The position numbers were made by a program, and so were the translations under genes. DNA of 64,000 bases from Bugula neritina (lineage: Eukaryota; Animalia; Bryozoa), in NCBI GenBank assembly GCA_964035545.1, contig OZ037767.1:30520628-30584627 (forward strand), in the 5' to 3' direction. Below the pieces are notes generated by a model, which saw only the letters and a program-made list of their open reading frames with translations, made no database searches and was not told where the DNA came from. Below are positions 12,002-24,792 of the stretch, in pieces (the stretch's first letter is position 1; each line of letters starts with the position of its first letter).

Positions 12002-15000
12002 ATGTTGAGAAAACTGAGGGTCCTGGTGTCCAATGAACAGAGGCTTGTGTGGGCGGAGCTTCTGCAATGGTGCAACCTTCTTTTTATATTCTGTGTAGTA
12101 GTAGAAATAGGTGAGTAGAATTAATTAAAATCAGTACTAATACACAGCAATAACAAATAATGAAACTGTCAAACAGCCTATGAAAGCTGAAAATAGCTAA
12201 GAACTTTGCTGTGAAAACTGGAAAATTAAGATATTTATTCCAAATTACCACAGCAAGTTAGTCCAATACAATTGCAAAATTATTTTCTTGAAAAAAGTTC
12301 ACACATTTCCAGAGTGTTTGTTTAGAAAGGCAATTAAACATTAAAAAACCTTGTGCTTGAAGTAGAGAATGTGCCTTTAGTTCACATAAACTGAGAGTTA
12401 GTTTAGTGAAGAAGGCATTCTAATGGGTGGTTGAGTACTCCACCCCACTCCAGGGCAAACAAAAGTTTTAACATACAGAAAAACTTCTTTTCTTACTCAT
12501 ACCATAACATCCCAATATGCAGAGAAAAACAGTTTATAAACATATGCTATAATATATAAATGTGTAAATTTACACGAAGTACAGTTTAAACTCATAGAAT
12601 TGGTTTCAGTAACCTGGTTTGTCACATGTATGTATATAAAGTGTTTACACTTATAATCTATGCTAAGCCAGTTTCAAAGAAAATTAATTATGCTTGCATC
12701 CGGCCTGGTTACTACCTGAGACCCAACCAGCCTGTGACAGCTTCAGTTAGCTGAGTCTAATGTGCTGTTTTATTGCTGGACTGTCAGTGATAAACTGATA
12801 TCGAACCATTAGTATGATTAATGAGAATATAAAGCTCTTCTCACCATTACCTAATTCAATAAATATTATTGCCTACCTGGAATGATGTGGCTTTAATCAA
12901 GAAAGAGTAACTCTTAAAGGGTGTTTCAGCTATAATTGATCTGTTTTCGCCAACTTCCAATAATTGCCATCCATGTTCTGAAATGAAGCAGTAGTCTTTA
13001 ACTATTTCACCATTTGTCAAAATTCTAGAAAATAAATTTAAACTTGCACCATCCAATGTGCTGAACTGATTCTAGCCATGGCAAGTGGATTATGGGTGGT
13101 CAGCTCTGGACTAAAGCCATTTTTACGAGGACACAACTCCAATGTGCTGCCAGCTCTGCTGCTGACGTCTGGCGTGCTGACAGTTGGATTGTCAGCAGTG
13201 GGATATGTTGGTTCACTGCACATTGCATCACAGTACGCAGATGAGAAATTCTTTGCTATCAAACAGCTGATGTGGTTTGAGCTACTGGGCTTTCTTTTAG
13301 GTGAGTTACACACATCAGATTAACTTCATAACAATTTAAAAAAAAGATTTTTCAAAGACAAGGGAATGAAGGTGCAGCATTAATAACTAAACTATTATAC
13401 TTAATTGTGATTATTTGCTTTTGATGATTATATGTCACAAAAATATATTAAACTAGAAATTCTTTTAACCTTTTCTAAGGCTTGTCATTGAATAATTCAT
13501 CACAATAACAATAGAATCGCTATAATTTTCATTATAAATATAAATTGCAAAATAGTCATTTGCTAAAACCTATAAAGAAGTTATTACCAGATGCATTTGC
13601 TAAATGCACATTTGCAGTTACATCTGTTTGCTAAAAATTCAAAAGACTTTTACTACATCAATAAAACTTAGTTTGGTACAAAAAGTCATAGAATAATTAT
13701 ATAGTAATTTATCCCACTTCTTTTCGATAGCAATATTCAGCTGTGTTCTTGGCATCACCAGCTTTACTATAGTGCATGGAGACATTTTATGGGCGGCTGA
13801 GAGGGGTGTTAGAGCTGAACTCTCGCAGTACTCAACGTCTGCTGCGGCCAAACTCAGACTAGATAACTTACAGACAAAGTTCAGATGCTGCGGGGTGAAT
13901 GGATACAGGGACTGGTTCACCGTCCCTTGGCAAAAATACACCAGCAAGTAGGTCAATAATAATTAAATTAATACATTATTTTCAATTGAAATATAATTAT
14001 TATTTTTATATGTCTAAGAAATGCTTATTTTATTGCATAGTTTTAAATCTGACAAATCTAAATCACAGAGCCAGCATGTTTTCTAACTAAACTGTGCTAT
14101 ATTTAGAGGTCAAGATAACTTAGAAGACAGTGTACCTTGGAGTTGTTGTTCCCCTAAGTCTTCCAGACCTTGCATTCACTTTCTAGTAACTCAGAACGTT
14201 CAACACAAAGCTTATTCTTATCCAAGTGAGTGCTGCATCAAGTTGATAATTAATAGGAATAATTATTTTCAAAGTAATCAATAATAAAACACAAAATAAA
14301 ACACTAAATAAAAAACTTTATATCATGTAACTAACGCTAGTAGTATTAGTAGATAATAGAAAATGTACGAGGCAATGGGTTGACTAAAGTTTTTGAATTG
14401 CAGGAGACATAACTCTATACACACAGGGGTGTGTTGAGTCCATCACCAAATATCTTGGACATCATATGTTTTACATCTGTGGGGGACTAATGGTTTTCAT
14501 AGGGCTGACTCTGGTAAGCCTTTTCATTGCGTACATAAACTTATATTACCCTTTCTGCATGGTGCTGCAATTAGTCTATTTTAGGATCACTTGAAGCTTG
14601 TGCACCATCTTGTAATAGTTAGAGTCTGCACCAGACACACAGACCTATTACCCATCAACCACAAACCATGAGACTGTTACAGAACATGCTATATATTTCC
14701 CTCTTAGCTCGCCATATCCATGTGGAGCCGACTCCTAGAGACGTCTGTGACCAACTCCTACACTATCGGTGACCCTGAGTGCACCACGTGGGGATACTTC
14801 ATCGTCAACTTCGGACCCGATATAGAAGACTTGTATGCACCAATAGAACCAGAGTCAGGTATACAGACTTGATATATAGAAACCTGCTAGCTTAGGTCTT
14901 GCAAGATACCAAAATAGTGGCACTTCAGTTAGCTTTATCTAGGTAACTACTAATAGTTACTTTGAAGTAAAAGCTAAATTGTATAGCTTTCTAATTCCTG

Positions 15001-16487
15001 CCAATATGAATATACAACAATCAAATGTTTTTTGTGGTTAAAAGGAGTGAAGGTGGTGCAGAACTAATTGAATAAAAACAAACTAACCAAAAAGTGATAT
15101 ACCATAACCCATGCTACTCTATTATTAGTGTTTAACATGCAGTGACAATACAATAAACCTGACTAGCTCACATATTTACCTGTTGAGTTTAGTCATCAGT
15201 TGCAAAGGAAACGGCAGCAGCAACTAACTAATTCAACCAATCAAATGCTAGACCCTTCTATTTTTTCATTTCTATACAAACTTCACTATCTGTAAAAATG
15301 TGGATTCAAAAGCTGCGTTTAAAATAATGATAATTATTATAATACTGCATGCAGTCACTAAAAATAAGCATCTTTGCATGTAAAAGTGTATAAACAAATT
15401 AATGAGAGAGAGAGCATATACCTATATATACTAAGTGGTGCTGGCAAAGTTTAACTGAGCTGGTAGAAATTCTCATAAAAATATATAACTTTGCAGAGTA
15501 CAGCTCCTACGGTTCCTCAAGTTACTACTCGACAGACGAATACTCCGATGAGTCAGAGGAAACGGAGGAGCCGACTCCAAGTGGTAAGTCACATAGTATA
15601 TGCAAGTGGTAAGTAGTATATCTTCACAACATACAGGCTACGTACAATACAAGAAGCCAAAACTTGAGATAGCTATAAAAAGTTATAGAAGTATTTTTAA
15701 AGCTCGAATTTTCGAATGCACGACCATTGTCTCTAAGAAATAAAACAACTCTACTTTATTATATAGTTATGTTTAGACTAAGTATTAAAAGTCCTAAAAA
15801 AATATAAAAAGCTACATGTTAAGCAAAATTTTGCACCCTCACCCCTTCCCCCCTTTAATTTAAAGTCAACTAAGCACAGTTTTCAAAATAACCTGAATTT
15901 TACAATGACAGCCTGTTACACATTTAGAGTATAAACATGTTTGGCAGTGCAAAACTTTTGCATAATTTGACCTGCACTAGCTTTGGCTTGTTTAAAAAGC
16001 TGCAGAAACAACCAATAAAGACGGATTTATGTAATGCAAATGTTTTGTAGCAATGTCATCAGAGACAGAGAGAGTGCTGGATGTCACTGGGCCAGGAACC
16101 CCTGCAGGCAAAGAAGATGGCCTTCTCAGTGAAATACTCGAAGCCCAAGGGACATCTACAGCAGGGGCTACTGGCACCATGGAAGCGGCTACAGTGTCAG
16201 AAACACCGACATCATCAGAAACACTATCATCTTCTGCTCCAGATAATAACAATAACAGAGTTAAAGAGAGCAGAAGAAGAGTGAGTAATAAAAACAATAA
16301 CAAAAAGCCCAAGAAACAAACTATCCACTACTCGGTGATCACACCAAAGTCATTGGATTATAGCAAATTCAAGGGACCACAGCCACAGATGCATGAGACA
16401 CACCACATTCCGCTTCCACCACCTTTGCCAGCAGAAAATGATGTGGTGTCTGGAATGCCTCCTTTGCCTCCACCACCTTTCCAATAA
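12002..16487 (+). CDS. Peripherin-2/ROM1 (RDS) family tetraspanin with long acidic/basic/polyproline cytoplasmic tail, 484 aa
   Basis: Exons 12002-12110, 13076-13300, 13731-13947, 14107-14225, 14404-14513, 14708-14858, 15497-15583 and 16051-16487 (1455 nt) join in frame. Four TM segments, plus LDNLQTKFRCCGVNGYRDWFTVPW, VPWSCCSPKSSRPCI, LYTQGC and RLLETS...GDPECTTWGYF, which match RDS/peripherin signatures. Confidence 0.9.
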
Positions 16488-17606
16488 AACTTTATGAATG
16501 AGCTTTGCTTCATCAAAAAGCTGTCATTTTTAAGCAACCAACAGCATAAAGCAAAAGCTTTGGCCTTCAATATCTGTTTTGTGTGGTTATGCACGTGCAT
16601 GATTACACAGTTTTTTTACTATTGCAAAAATAAATTGAAATTATGACAAATCCTAAATTGCTTTCATGCTGATGATTTGATAATTCTATTTGAGCAACAT
16701 ACAGAGATGAATTAAATCTTGGCCTTTGAACACAGCTACAATACAGTTCGGCCATTAATTTTGCTATTAGAATAATAGACTGGCATGAAAAAATGCTAGT
16801 TAATGATTTGCTTAAATAACTTGAAAAATTTGGCCATAAAGCTAAAACACCAGCAATGTATGCGAGTTAGCACTACATTGAGACGAATATTGTTAGATGC
16901 AGCACTGAGGCGGGAGTGACCATTTCCAGTATTTATAATTATGCACGTCATGCCTTTAACCCTTTGTTCTAGCACTGATACTCATATATACGCATTTAGC
17001 GTCCCATGTACATAGCTTTTTAAATAGCCGAAACATTGTTACAGTCCCATTTTTCACATTTGCAAAACTCTCTCGCACTTGTAATCAGTGTGCTCTGTTA
17101 TTATCATACTTCAACTTTGCTTTAACCCTTTGCTTACAATATGAATATTAATTGAAGAGGTTTTTTTCTTTATTCCAATTGCATTCACTAGGAGTAGGAC
17201 TATCAGTGACACTTACTATGCATAATAATTATGGTCAAAACGAGATTTATTAATTATTAAATTTAATATTTGGTACTTGGTAGCAACATTTCCTTTTTTA
17301 TGTTTATTGTTTTATAACAAGATAGTGATGTGAATGTGATATCTTCACTTTGTTTTTTAGTTTATCTGTACCACTTTCACTTTCAGTATTGAAAATCAAA
17401 TTGAATTATTTTTTGATATCGTCTACGTTCATTGAGACTCACTGTCAGTCTCACTGCTCACACTCACACTCACAGCCGGTGAATAGGCAGTCACGTTGGA
17501 ACTACTTGTGCTAGTCTACTACTACTAGTACTAGTACTAGACACTTATACTGTCATTAGTCATTAGTGGAAGATTTATTTTCAAAAGAAGACTTTTAGAT
17601 ATCAAT

Positions 17607-20600
17607 ATGAATATGAATACGACTACGCTGATGCTCGAATATCACTATCCTTATTCGTTGGTTTTGGCAGCGCCCTTTGTAATTGCAGCAGGAGTACTCT
17701 TGTTTATCTTTCTCCGGTGAGTTTAACTTGGAAATTTAAGCTATGAAGTATGGTAATAAAACTTTTTGCCTGAAACCCAGTCCCAAGACCAATAGCCTAT
17801 TTGTTATTTCGTATTGTACACATTAGTTATAGTTATAGTAATTGTAATAGTAATAGTAACACTGTCACTATGACTATAGCAACTGTTTTTATTTTTACCA
17901 ACAGACCTTATTTTAACAAAAGTGTCACATGTTGGTTCTGTCATGAAAAGTCGTCTGTGCCATATGGAAACAGGAATTGTTGGGACTGCATGCACTGCGA
18001 GCAGTATAATGGGTTCACCACAGAAGGTGGTTATAACAAGGAAATACCTGCCCAACACCAGGTACCATCTTGCTTGCTGCTTCCAATGTCAATAAACAGA
18101 ATAATTTTGTTAGTGCTTTTTAACCGTCATTTACCAAATCTATTTGTCAAGTAGCCATCTTAAGTTTTATTTAATAAGTACTGCTCGTCTGCTTGTGGTA
18201 TCACCTGTGCCTTCATATTCTTCTATGCTCTCAGTTAATATACTTCTCCAGGAGAACCTGAATTACTCTACTGGCTGCACTCAGCCCTCCACCTCCCCCT
18301 CTAAGTCCCGGCAGATCAGTAAACTCTGTGCACACTGTGACAGAAACCAGGTGCTGAAGGTGAAGCAACTTGCCAACTTCCAGCCAACTGATGAGGTACG
18401 CCTGCTGACTAGTTATATCCTTATATATTATATACTGTGGCCCTTCTACTGTAAGAGTCTGTGTGTCTTGAGATATGCCATGCTGGCAAGTGGTTTGTTG
18501 TGGCACAAAAGTAGTTATGGTTTAATGTGCTGCTTGAATTCACTAGTAGATCTGCTGAGTCTGTTTCCTGTGCCAGTACCTCTTACCACACTCTCTCTCC
18601 CTCCCCCTCTCTCTGTAGTTGCTTCAGTATTACTTTAGAGTTTAGAGGTTAATGCTGTGTCACCAGTCAAATTGTTGTTAAATGTTATTGCAATTAATCA
18701 TTTCCTTAGCCCAAGTTTATTCTACTGTTGAGTGAACCACTTGTAACGCTCAACCCGTTGATTTTCAGTCTCGTTTTGACGAAGAGGTTGAGATCTACAA
18801 GAAGAAGTTGGAGAGAGCATATCAGCTGTGTTTCCGGTGTGAGCACCGCGTTAAAGCTGAGCTGCAGAGACAGAACAATCTCCTCAGACCCAAGTTCATC
18901 AAATACAAACAGAATAGGAGACTCCAGAGTTTAGCCCTGGGTCACGGTGGCCGCAGTGGCATGCAGGTACGTGTACTCATATATTCACAGTGTTTCATAT
19001 TTCATGTATATCGTAAAATGACCTCAGGCTAAACTTATGCATGCAGCCTAACTTCTTGAGGTGAGAAGTTGAATGTCGTTGCCTTTTATTAGTCGTCTTT
19101 TATTCGTCATTTTCTAACCAATCATTAGACTTACACTCACATAGCTTAGTCCAATGTTAACTTATCTATTGGTTTGTTATAGTTTGTAGGGAGACTATTT
19201 TGAAGCTACAGGTTTTGAATTTGCATAAGTAAAATAATATATTAATAATTGTATATAATATTATTATATTTTCCGAAATGGTGCCATATGTATTGCAGAT
19301 AACATATACTGTTTTGTTGTGTCTATCTGCAGAATGGCGTTCTCCATCGACTAGCTAGATGTCTAGACGTTGTGTTATCTCTAGCTGTGTTCTGTGATCT
19401 GCTAGCCTGTGTCTACTCTCTTTCCGTCCCTTCCTTATTGAACATAAGAAAGATAACTACACTGCACACACTCTATATGTCTTACCGAGCTAAGGCTATT
19501 CTAGTCAGTCTGTTTGTCCACTCGTTATCTGTCGGCCTCTCCGTTAAGTTACATAGGTGAGTGGTTTACCTTTACCTCTACCACATGTCAGTTCTGGAGC
19601 TAGTTGGTTCTAATCATCAAATCTTATTTAACATATATTTCAAACTAAAGCAACAGTGTTCAATATTTCTTGATCTATTTATTTCTCTATTGATCATATA
19701 TTGATACAATGTCAATAGATAAGAAAATCTATTTGTGTGCATTAATTACAAATTTTCGTTTTAGAAAACTAAGTTTAGACTTGGTTCTATGTGCGTTGTG
19801 GTTGTCGTTATACGGACAGGAAGTGCTCAGGCTACACGTTCTTCTCCCTCGATTCCTTTCCAATTATTATGTAGTTTTGATTTGCTCACTCGCTCTGCTC
19901 GTCAGCTATTACCGTAGAAGTACACAGAATGTTGTGATGTCATCACCTACAGGCCGCAGGTTCGTTACGTCATCATTACTCTCTAACACAGTCACTGTGT
20001 GGATGTGTTTTAGTACATGTGACTGCACAGGTACAGTGTGGATGTGTTTTAGTACATGTGACTGCACAGGCACAGTGTGGATGTGTTTTAGTACATACAA
20101 CTGCACAGGCACAGTGCGGATGTGTTTTGCAGACGTGTGAGTCCCGACTGCAGCTACACGGAATGGAACTCGAGTACCAGCGATATTGGCGCTTCACTTC
20201 ACTCAGAGCCTAGTGACAACGTCTACACCAACCCCTACCCTAACAACAGTAACTATGACTATGAGCCAATGGATTGTGCTACATCAGAGTTATCTTCTCT
20301 CAGTCTGGGACAGCGTAAGTGTATCATCTCCTGTTATCTTGCAGCTACTCATAAAATATTATAGAATATCATTCTGTAGCTCTGCTTTTCTTCACTTCTG
20401 CATCAGCGATTCAATTCTCGGCCATTTTGTGTTGTAGGATCTCAGCATCAGTTATCTCCCCCGCCATATGAACGTTTACTCCGGGCGTCTCAGTTAGACA
20501 CGGGATCCGTCTACTCATCTAGGGGGAATGGTGGGGGCAGCGTGAGCTCCTTTCGCACTGCTAGATCACATACATTCATGCCAGAACCTCGGCTAAGAAA

Positions 20601-21240
20601 CTTCACCTACAGCCCTTCCCAGAATGCAATATACAGTCCTTCCCAGAATGCTATGTACAGCCCTTCCCAGAATGCTATATACAGCCCTTCCCAGAATTCG
20701 GCCTATGCTCCTTCTCAGCAGCAGCTCTCACACAGGGGTTCTGCGTTTGGCTCAGTTGCGGGTGGGGCGTCACCACCCCTGAGTGTTAGTAACTATAGGA
20801 GTCTAGCCCCTGACTCTCCGTCCAGTACAATATACAGTAACGGATCCTACATGTCCATGAGAGGTAAAAACAACCCACAACAATACTAATATTTGTTTTA
20901 GAACTGAGGGAGGGAGTTATGAATCCAGTGTCTTGAGAGAAAGTATTATACCCACTAGCTGAGTGGCGTGTATGCTTGTATACTACTTTAGTTCTTAAAT
21001 TCTGTCTAATTTGGGAATGTTCGAGTTCTATAGCCCACTTTATGTAGCGTAGTTTTAGGTTGTGACTCAATACTACGGATAATTGTGACTGAATTTTCTA
21101 TTTCCTTTCCAGTTCCTCCAGAGAAAACATCCCTACTTACTCAGACGTTGCTTGGAATCAGTCTTGGGGTCAATATTTCTATAGCTGCGTTCATACTCGG
21201 CCGTTATTCTACTAGTGGCGATTTTCTCTCATTTGCTTGA
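17607..21240 (+). CDS. TMEM201: Inner nuclear membrane protein TMEM201 (Samp1/Ima1), 587 aa
   Basis: Exons 17607-17716, 17905-18061, 18252-18395, 18769-18966, 19333-19556, 19765-19959, 20133-20314, 20438-20863, 21113-21240. The Ima1 zinc-finger region reads VTCWFC...VPYGNRNCWDCMHCEQYNGF...YNKEIPAQ, LCAHC..NQVLKVKQLANF, LERAYQLCFRC. C-terminal TM LGISLGVN. Confidence 0.93.
19988..20132 (+). repeat. Acceptor-side tandem repeat, 39 bp x about 4
   Basis: Unit cacagtgtggatgtgttttagtacatgtgactgcacagg. The last copy ends as gatgtgttttgcag, the TMEM201 acceptor at 20132. Confidence 0.9.
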
Positions 21241-21436
21241 ATGGATTTGTCTTCCCTTGGTGCATTCTACAGTCTTCCTTCTTGTCACTTTTTATGTAGT
21301 CATGATTATTTTTTAATGTAATTAATTATATATGAATTTTGACTGTAAATTTGGAATATAATAAACTAGTCATTTTTAAATTCAAACTGAATTAGAGAAT
21401 CAATAAAATAGTCAGACGCACAATTAATGTAGCTAA

Positions 21437-21668
21437 TGTAAACTTCCTACCCTGGTGTCTCTTAGTACTGTATATACCCTATATAACCACATATAATCTG
21501 AACTGGCTACCCTGGTGTCTCTTAGTACTGTATATACCCTGTATGACCACATATAATATAAACTTCCTACCCTGGTGTCTCTTAGTACTGTATATACCCT
21601 GTATGACCACATATAATATAAACTTCCTACCCTGGTGTCTCTTAGTACTGTATATACCCTGTATGACC
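21437..21668. repeat. 60-bp tandem repeat x about 4 downstream of TMEM201
   Basis: Unit aaacttcctaccctggtgtctcttagtactgtatataccctgtatgaccacatataatat, with an exact 60-nt period. Confidence 0.95.
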
Positions 21669-22071
21669 CTCTATAAGTTTTTTTTAACTACTTCCAATAA
21701 AATTAAGAGATTTAAAATGTGCTGATATTTGTGAGTGCAAAATCTCAAAGGCTGTATAAATATTTTTTCAACACTTTCAAGAAAGTGAGTTGAACATATA
21801 GTATACCCATGCAATGCATGTTTCCTATATTTAAGAATTTACATTTGTTGATATATGCTGATGATATACCTAAAATATAAAATATGCATATATAATAAAT
21901 ATGTAAAGCTAGATAAGAGATGACCATTATTCAAAAACACTTTTGGACTGCAAAATGAAACTATAGGAAGAGTACAAAATTGAATAGTCATTTCATTTTT
22001 ATTATACAAGTAGAAACAGATTGATAGTCACTGGAAATGTTCTATAGTTGGGTGGACCCCTCATCTAGAGT

Positions 22072-23950
22072 CTAGTATTTATATGGCAGAGTTCTCAGTC
22101 TTATTCCTAGGGTATTAATTTGAGAGTTTCTCAAGCTTTTTCTCTCTTTTGCTAGTCGATTAAAATTCATGGCAAGTTTTTCTTGTTGATAGATCTGGTC
22201 CATCCTGTCTTGAAGCAACCTGAAAATACGAGGCTTCATTGTTAGCCTCCATTATGAGTAATAAAGTATTGTGAATTTAAGTCTAGTTAAAGTTTCAAGT
22301 TATAAAACTTGAGGAAATAACATATATGTGCTTGACTCTCTTGAAAATAGACAACCAAAGTGTTGTCACAACTTGCCCTGGCCTTCAATGAGGCACAGAA
22401 CTTTGAAAAGCTAAAACACATTGCTTGATCAACCAGCTAGCACAGCTTCTTGCTTAAAATATGAACGCAACATAATAAAGCAGAGGACATTGAAAATGCA
22501 ATTCTAATTTCTATAAAGCCATATTCCTCTTCAGTCAACCATCGAGAGGCATAGAAGGACCCTTCACCTTGTGGATGTTCAATAAAACAGTTCAATAAAA
22601 GACACTCAGCTGCTTATTTGTTATCTGCTGTCTGCTGTCTGCTGCCATTGCACTTTGAACTATAATTAGCTAAAAGCAGTAGTGCTGACAGAACTTCAAA
22701 AGAAAGGAAGGCAAGTAAACATTTAAATATTATTCAAATAAATTATAGTATTTCGGTCTTTTCTTGCTATAAATGTTGTAGATTATTTCATTTTAAAAAT
22801 ATATCCACTCTTTCTATCTATCTAATTGGTCACAATGTTTTTATAGCTAATGCCTCTCATAACTGTTGGAATACAGTTTAAGCAAACCTAGCCCTGGAAA
22901 CTAGAATTGTTACTAATTCAGCAATTGCTAAATTGCAGGCTAAATTTTGGCTGCTGTAGTTGTACCTTCTTGCTGAAATCAAGAAATAATTAGAATACCT
23001 GTGAATAGGGTGATCCAATATTCTCTGTTGATCCCATTTCCTAGACTCTACTGGCTCCAACGTCTGCTCTCTAAATAGGTCAGGTTCTGTTTGGGAGTTG
23101 TCAGCTACTGGGTCAGGTGATGCCAGGTTTTCTCTCTGAGAGTCATCATTATATTCTTGGATGTCTAATGCAAATCTCACTCTGGATGGTTTCTTGGACT
23201 TCTTTTGTATGTACTCAGAGAGGTCTTGGCGCCTACTTTGATGCTGTGACTGTTTCCTGTTTAACAATGAGTCATACAGTGACGAGCTCAGTTAAAAATT
23301 TTCAAAGTTCAAAATCGAAAGCTGCTCGAAAGTAAAAACTGAGTTGTTGGTTTCACTGCCTCTCTTTTATGCATTCAGGCAGCATTAACAATAATATTGT
23401 AAAATATTCTAATATTAAAATCTATTACTAATACACTAAGCTTATACAAATAATGGCTGCGCCTAGCTTAATGGATATAAAGATCATCACTAACATGAAC
23501 GATGTTTCATTTTATTGAAATAGAGAATAAAAAATCTGCAAAATCTAGTTAGGAAGTATAGAAGTGAATAGGGTTTTGCTGTGGATAAATTTTGACTGTA
23601 GTTAGTTAGTTGGCTTTTCTGTGGAACAGTGAAATGGCTTCAAAGTGTTAATATAATTAAACTTATCAAATTTAAAACAAGAAGCTTGGCCTAATAAAAA
23701 CATCATTACTCTACAGCAATCAATCATCACTATGTATACTCTCTTGTTCAGCTTACTTGCTAGTATCTTGATAGGGAATCTTAGGCAGCCTCTTTTTTGC
23801 ATCACTGTCGACTGCAACTGATTGTGTCTGTTTCACGGCTCGTCTGAAACTTCTCCTGGGAAACAGACTGTTGGCAGGGGTGGTGTGACTCACAAAGGTC
23901 ACTGGCTTCGGGCACAGAAACTTTGGCAGCTGAATTCTGCCATCAACCAT
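22072..23950 (-). CDS. Uncharacterised basic, probably disordered 199-aa protein with RVxF motifs
   Basis: Exons 23757-23950, 22999-23256 and 22072-22219 (600 nt) join in frame with GT-AG introns: MVDGRIQLPKFLCPKPVTF...KKPSRVRFALDI...HRLLQDRMDQIYQQEKLAMNFNRLAKERK...LPYKY*. No family recognised. Confidence 0.65.
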
Positions 23951-24792
23951 CTTTGTTGACGATCAAACCTTTCAAGTGAGAATAACTGGTCACTTAACCA
24001 CTTGTAGCCAATCTTATCATTTACAGGTTTCTCTTTATTCCAAGCTTTTTCTGGGCAGAGTCTACCCATAAAGCTAATTTTTAGCCTCACAATATGGATT
24101 ACACTAACTCACCTGTATTATTTGTTATTTCTCTTCTAAGACTGAGCAGTCCTGATTTTGTCACAAGCACTTTGATCGACATAAAGTTGACAAGTAGCTG
24201 TGTACATGTAATGTGAAATACAAGGCAACAGAAAGCTTTGATATTCAACTCTCAAATTATAAGTAAACATTCAAAGAACTGTTGTGATATATTATTTCTA
24301 TTTATCAACTTTGATGGTAGTCCGTCAAATAATTCTTTACAATAACAAGACATTATATAAAGTTTTTTAAGAAGTGCTTTCACTGCGAGGCTATTTTCCC
24401 TCAATACTGTAAACACAGGCTTTTGTTGGAGCTAATCGATTGGAAAAACATTGACATAGAAATTGAGAAAGTGCTGCATTATGCACATTGTTTAAAACAG
24501 TGTGTGAAATTTCATATCAGTTATATAGACATTAGAGCGTAATCAACCTTTATTAACCAATTATCAGGCAAATTTAAATTGATTTTCCATAAATTGGATA
24601 ATTTGAAATGTATTTACTGGGCTTGTTGTCTATAGTAAGCTTCCATGCCACCTGAAAAGCCATTGGTCACTGCACAGTGAAAGAATTCCTATTAAAAGCC
24701 ATAATTTTAGTCTGTAGTTATTATAATATATCCTAGAGTGCTTTATATTATTTTAATTATCACATACATTAAAGAGGTTATAAAACTATTAA

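Noticed and set aside
12877-13025. Minus-strand exon-like segment (ttctag...CAG|gtagg) with an open frame, and a similar one at 11418-11541
   Set aside because: Neither can be joined into a coherent CDS. They may be UTR or antisense exons or chance, and there is no supporting evidence.
13639-14185. Apparent minus-strand gene interleaved with the tetraspanin
   Set aside because: These segments are the antisense of + strand exons carrying the CCG and PWSCC tetraspanin motifs.
16955-17135. Two TTAACCCTTT piggyBac-like termini
   Set aside because: Both are in the same orientation, with no matching inverted end nearby.
21437-21668. CRISPR-like regularly spaced repeats
   Set aside because: Eukaryotic context, no unique spacers and no cas genes. 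It is a plain 60-bp tandem repeat.
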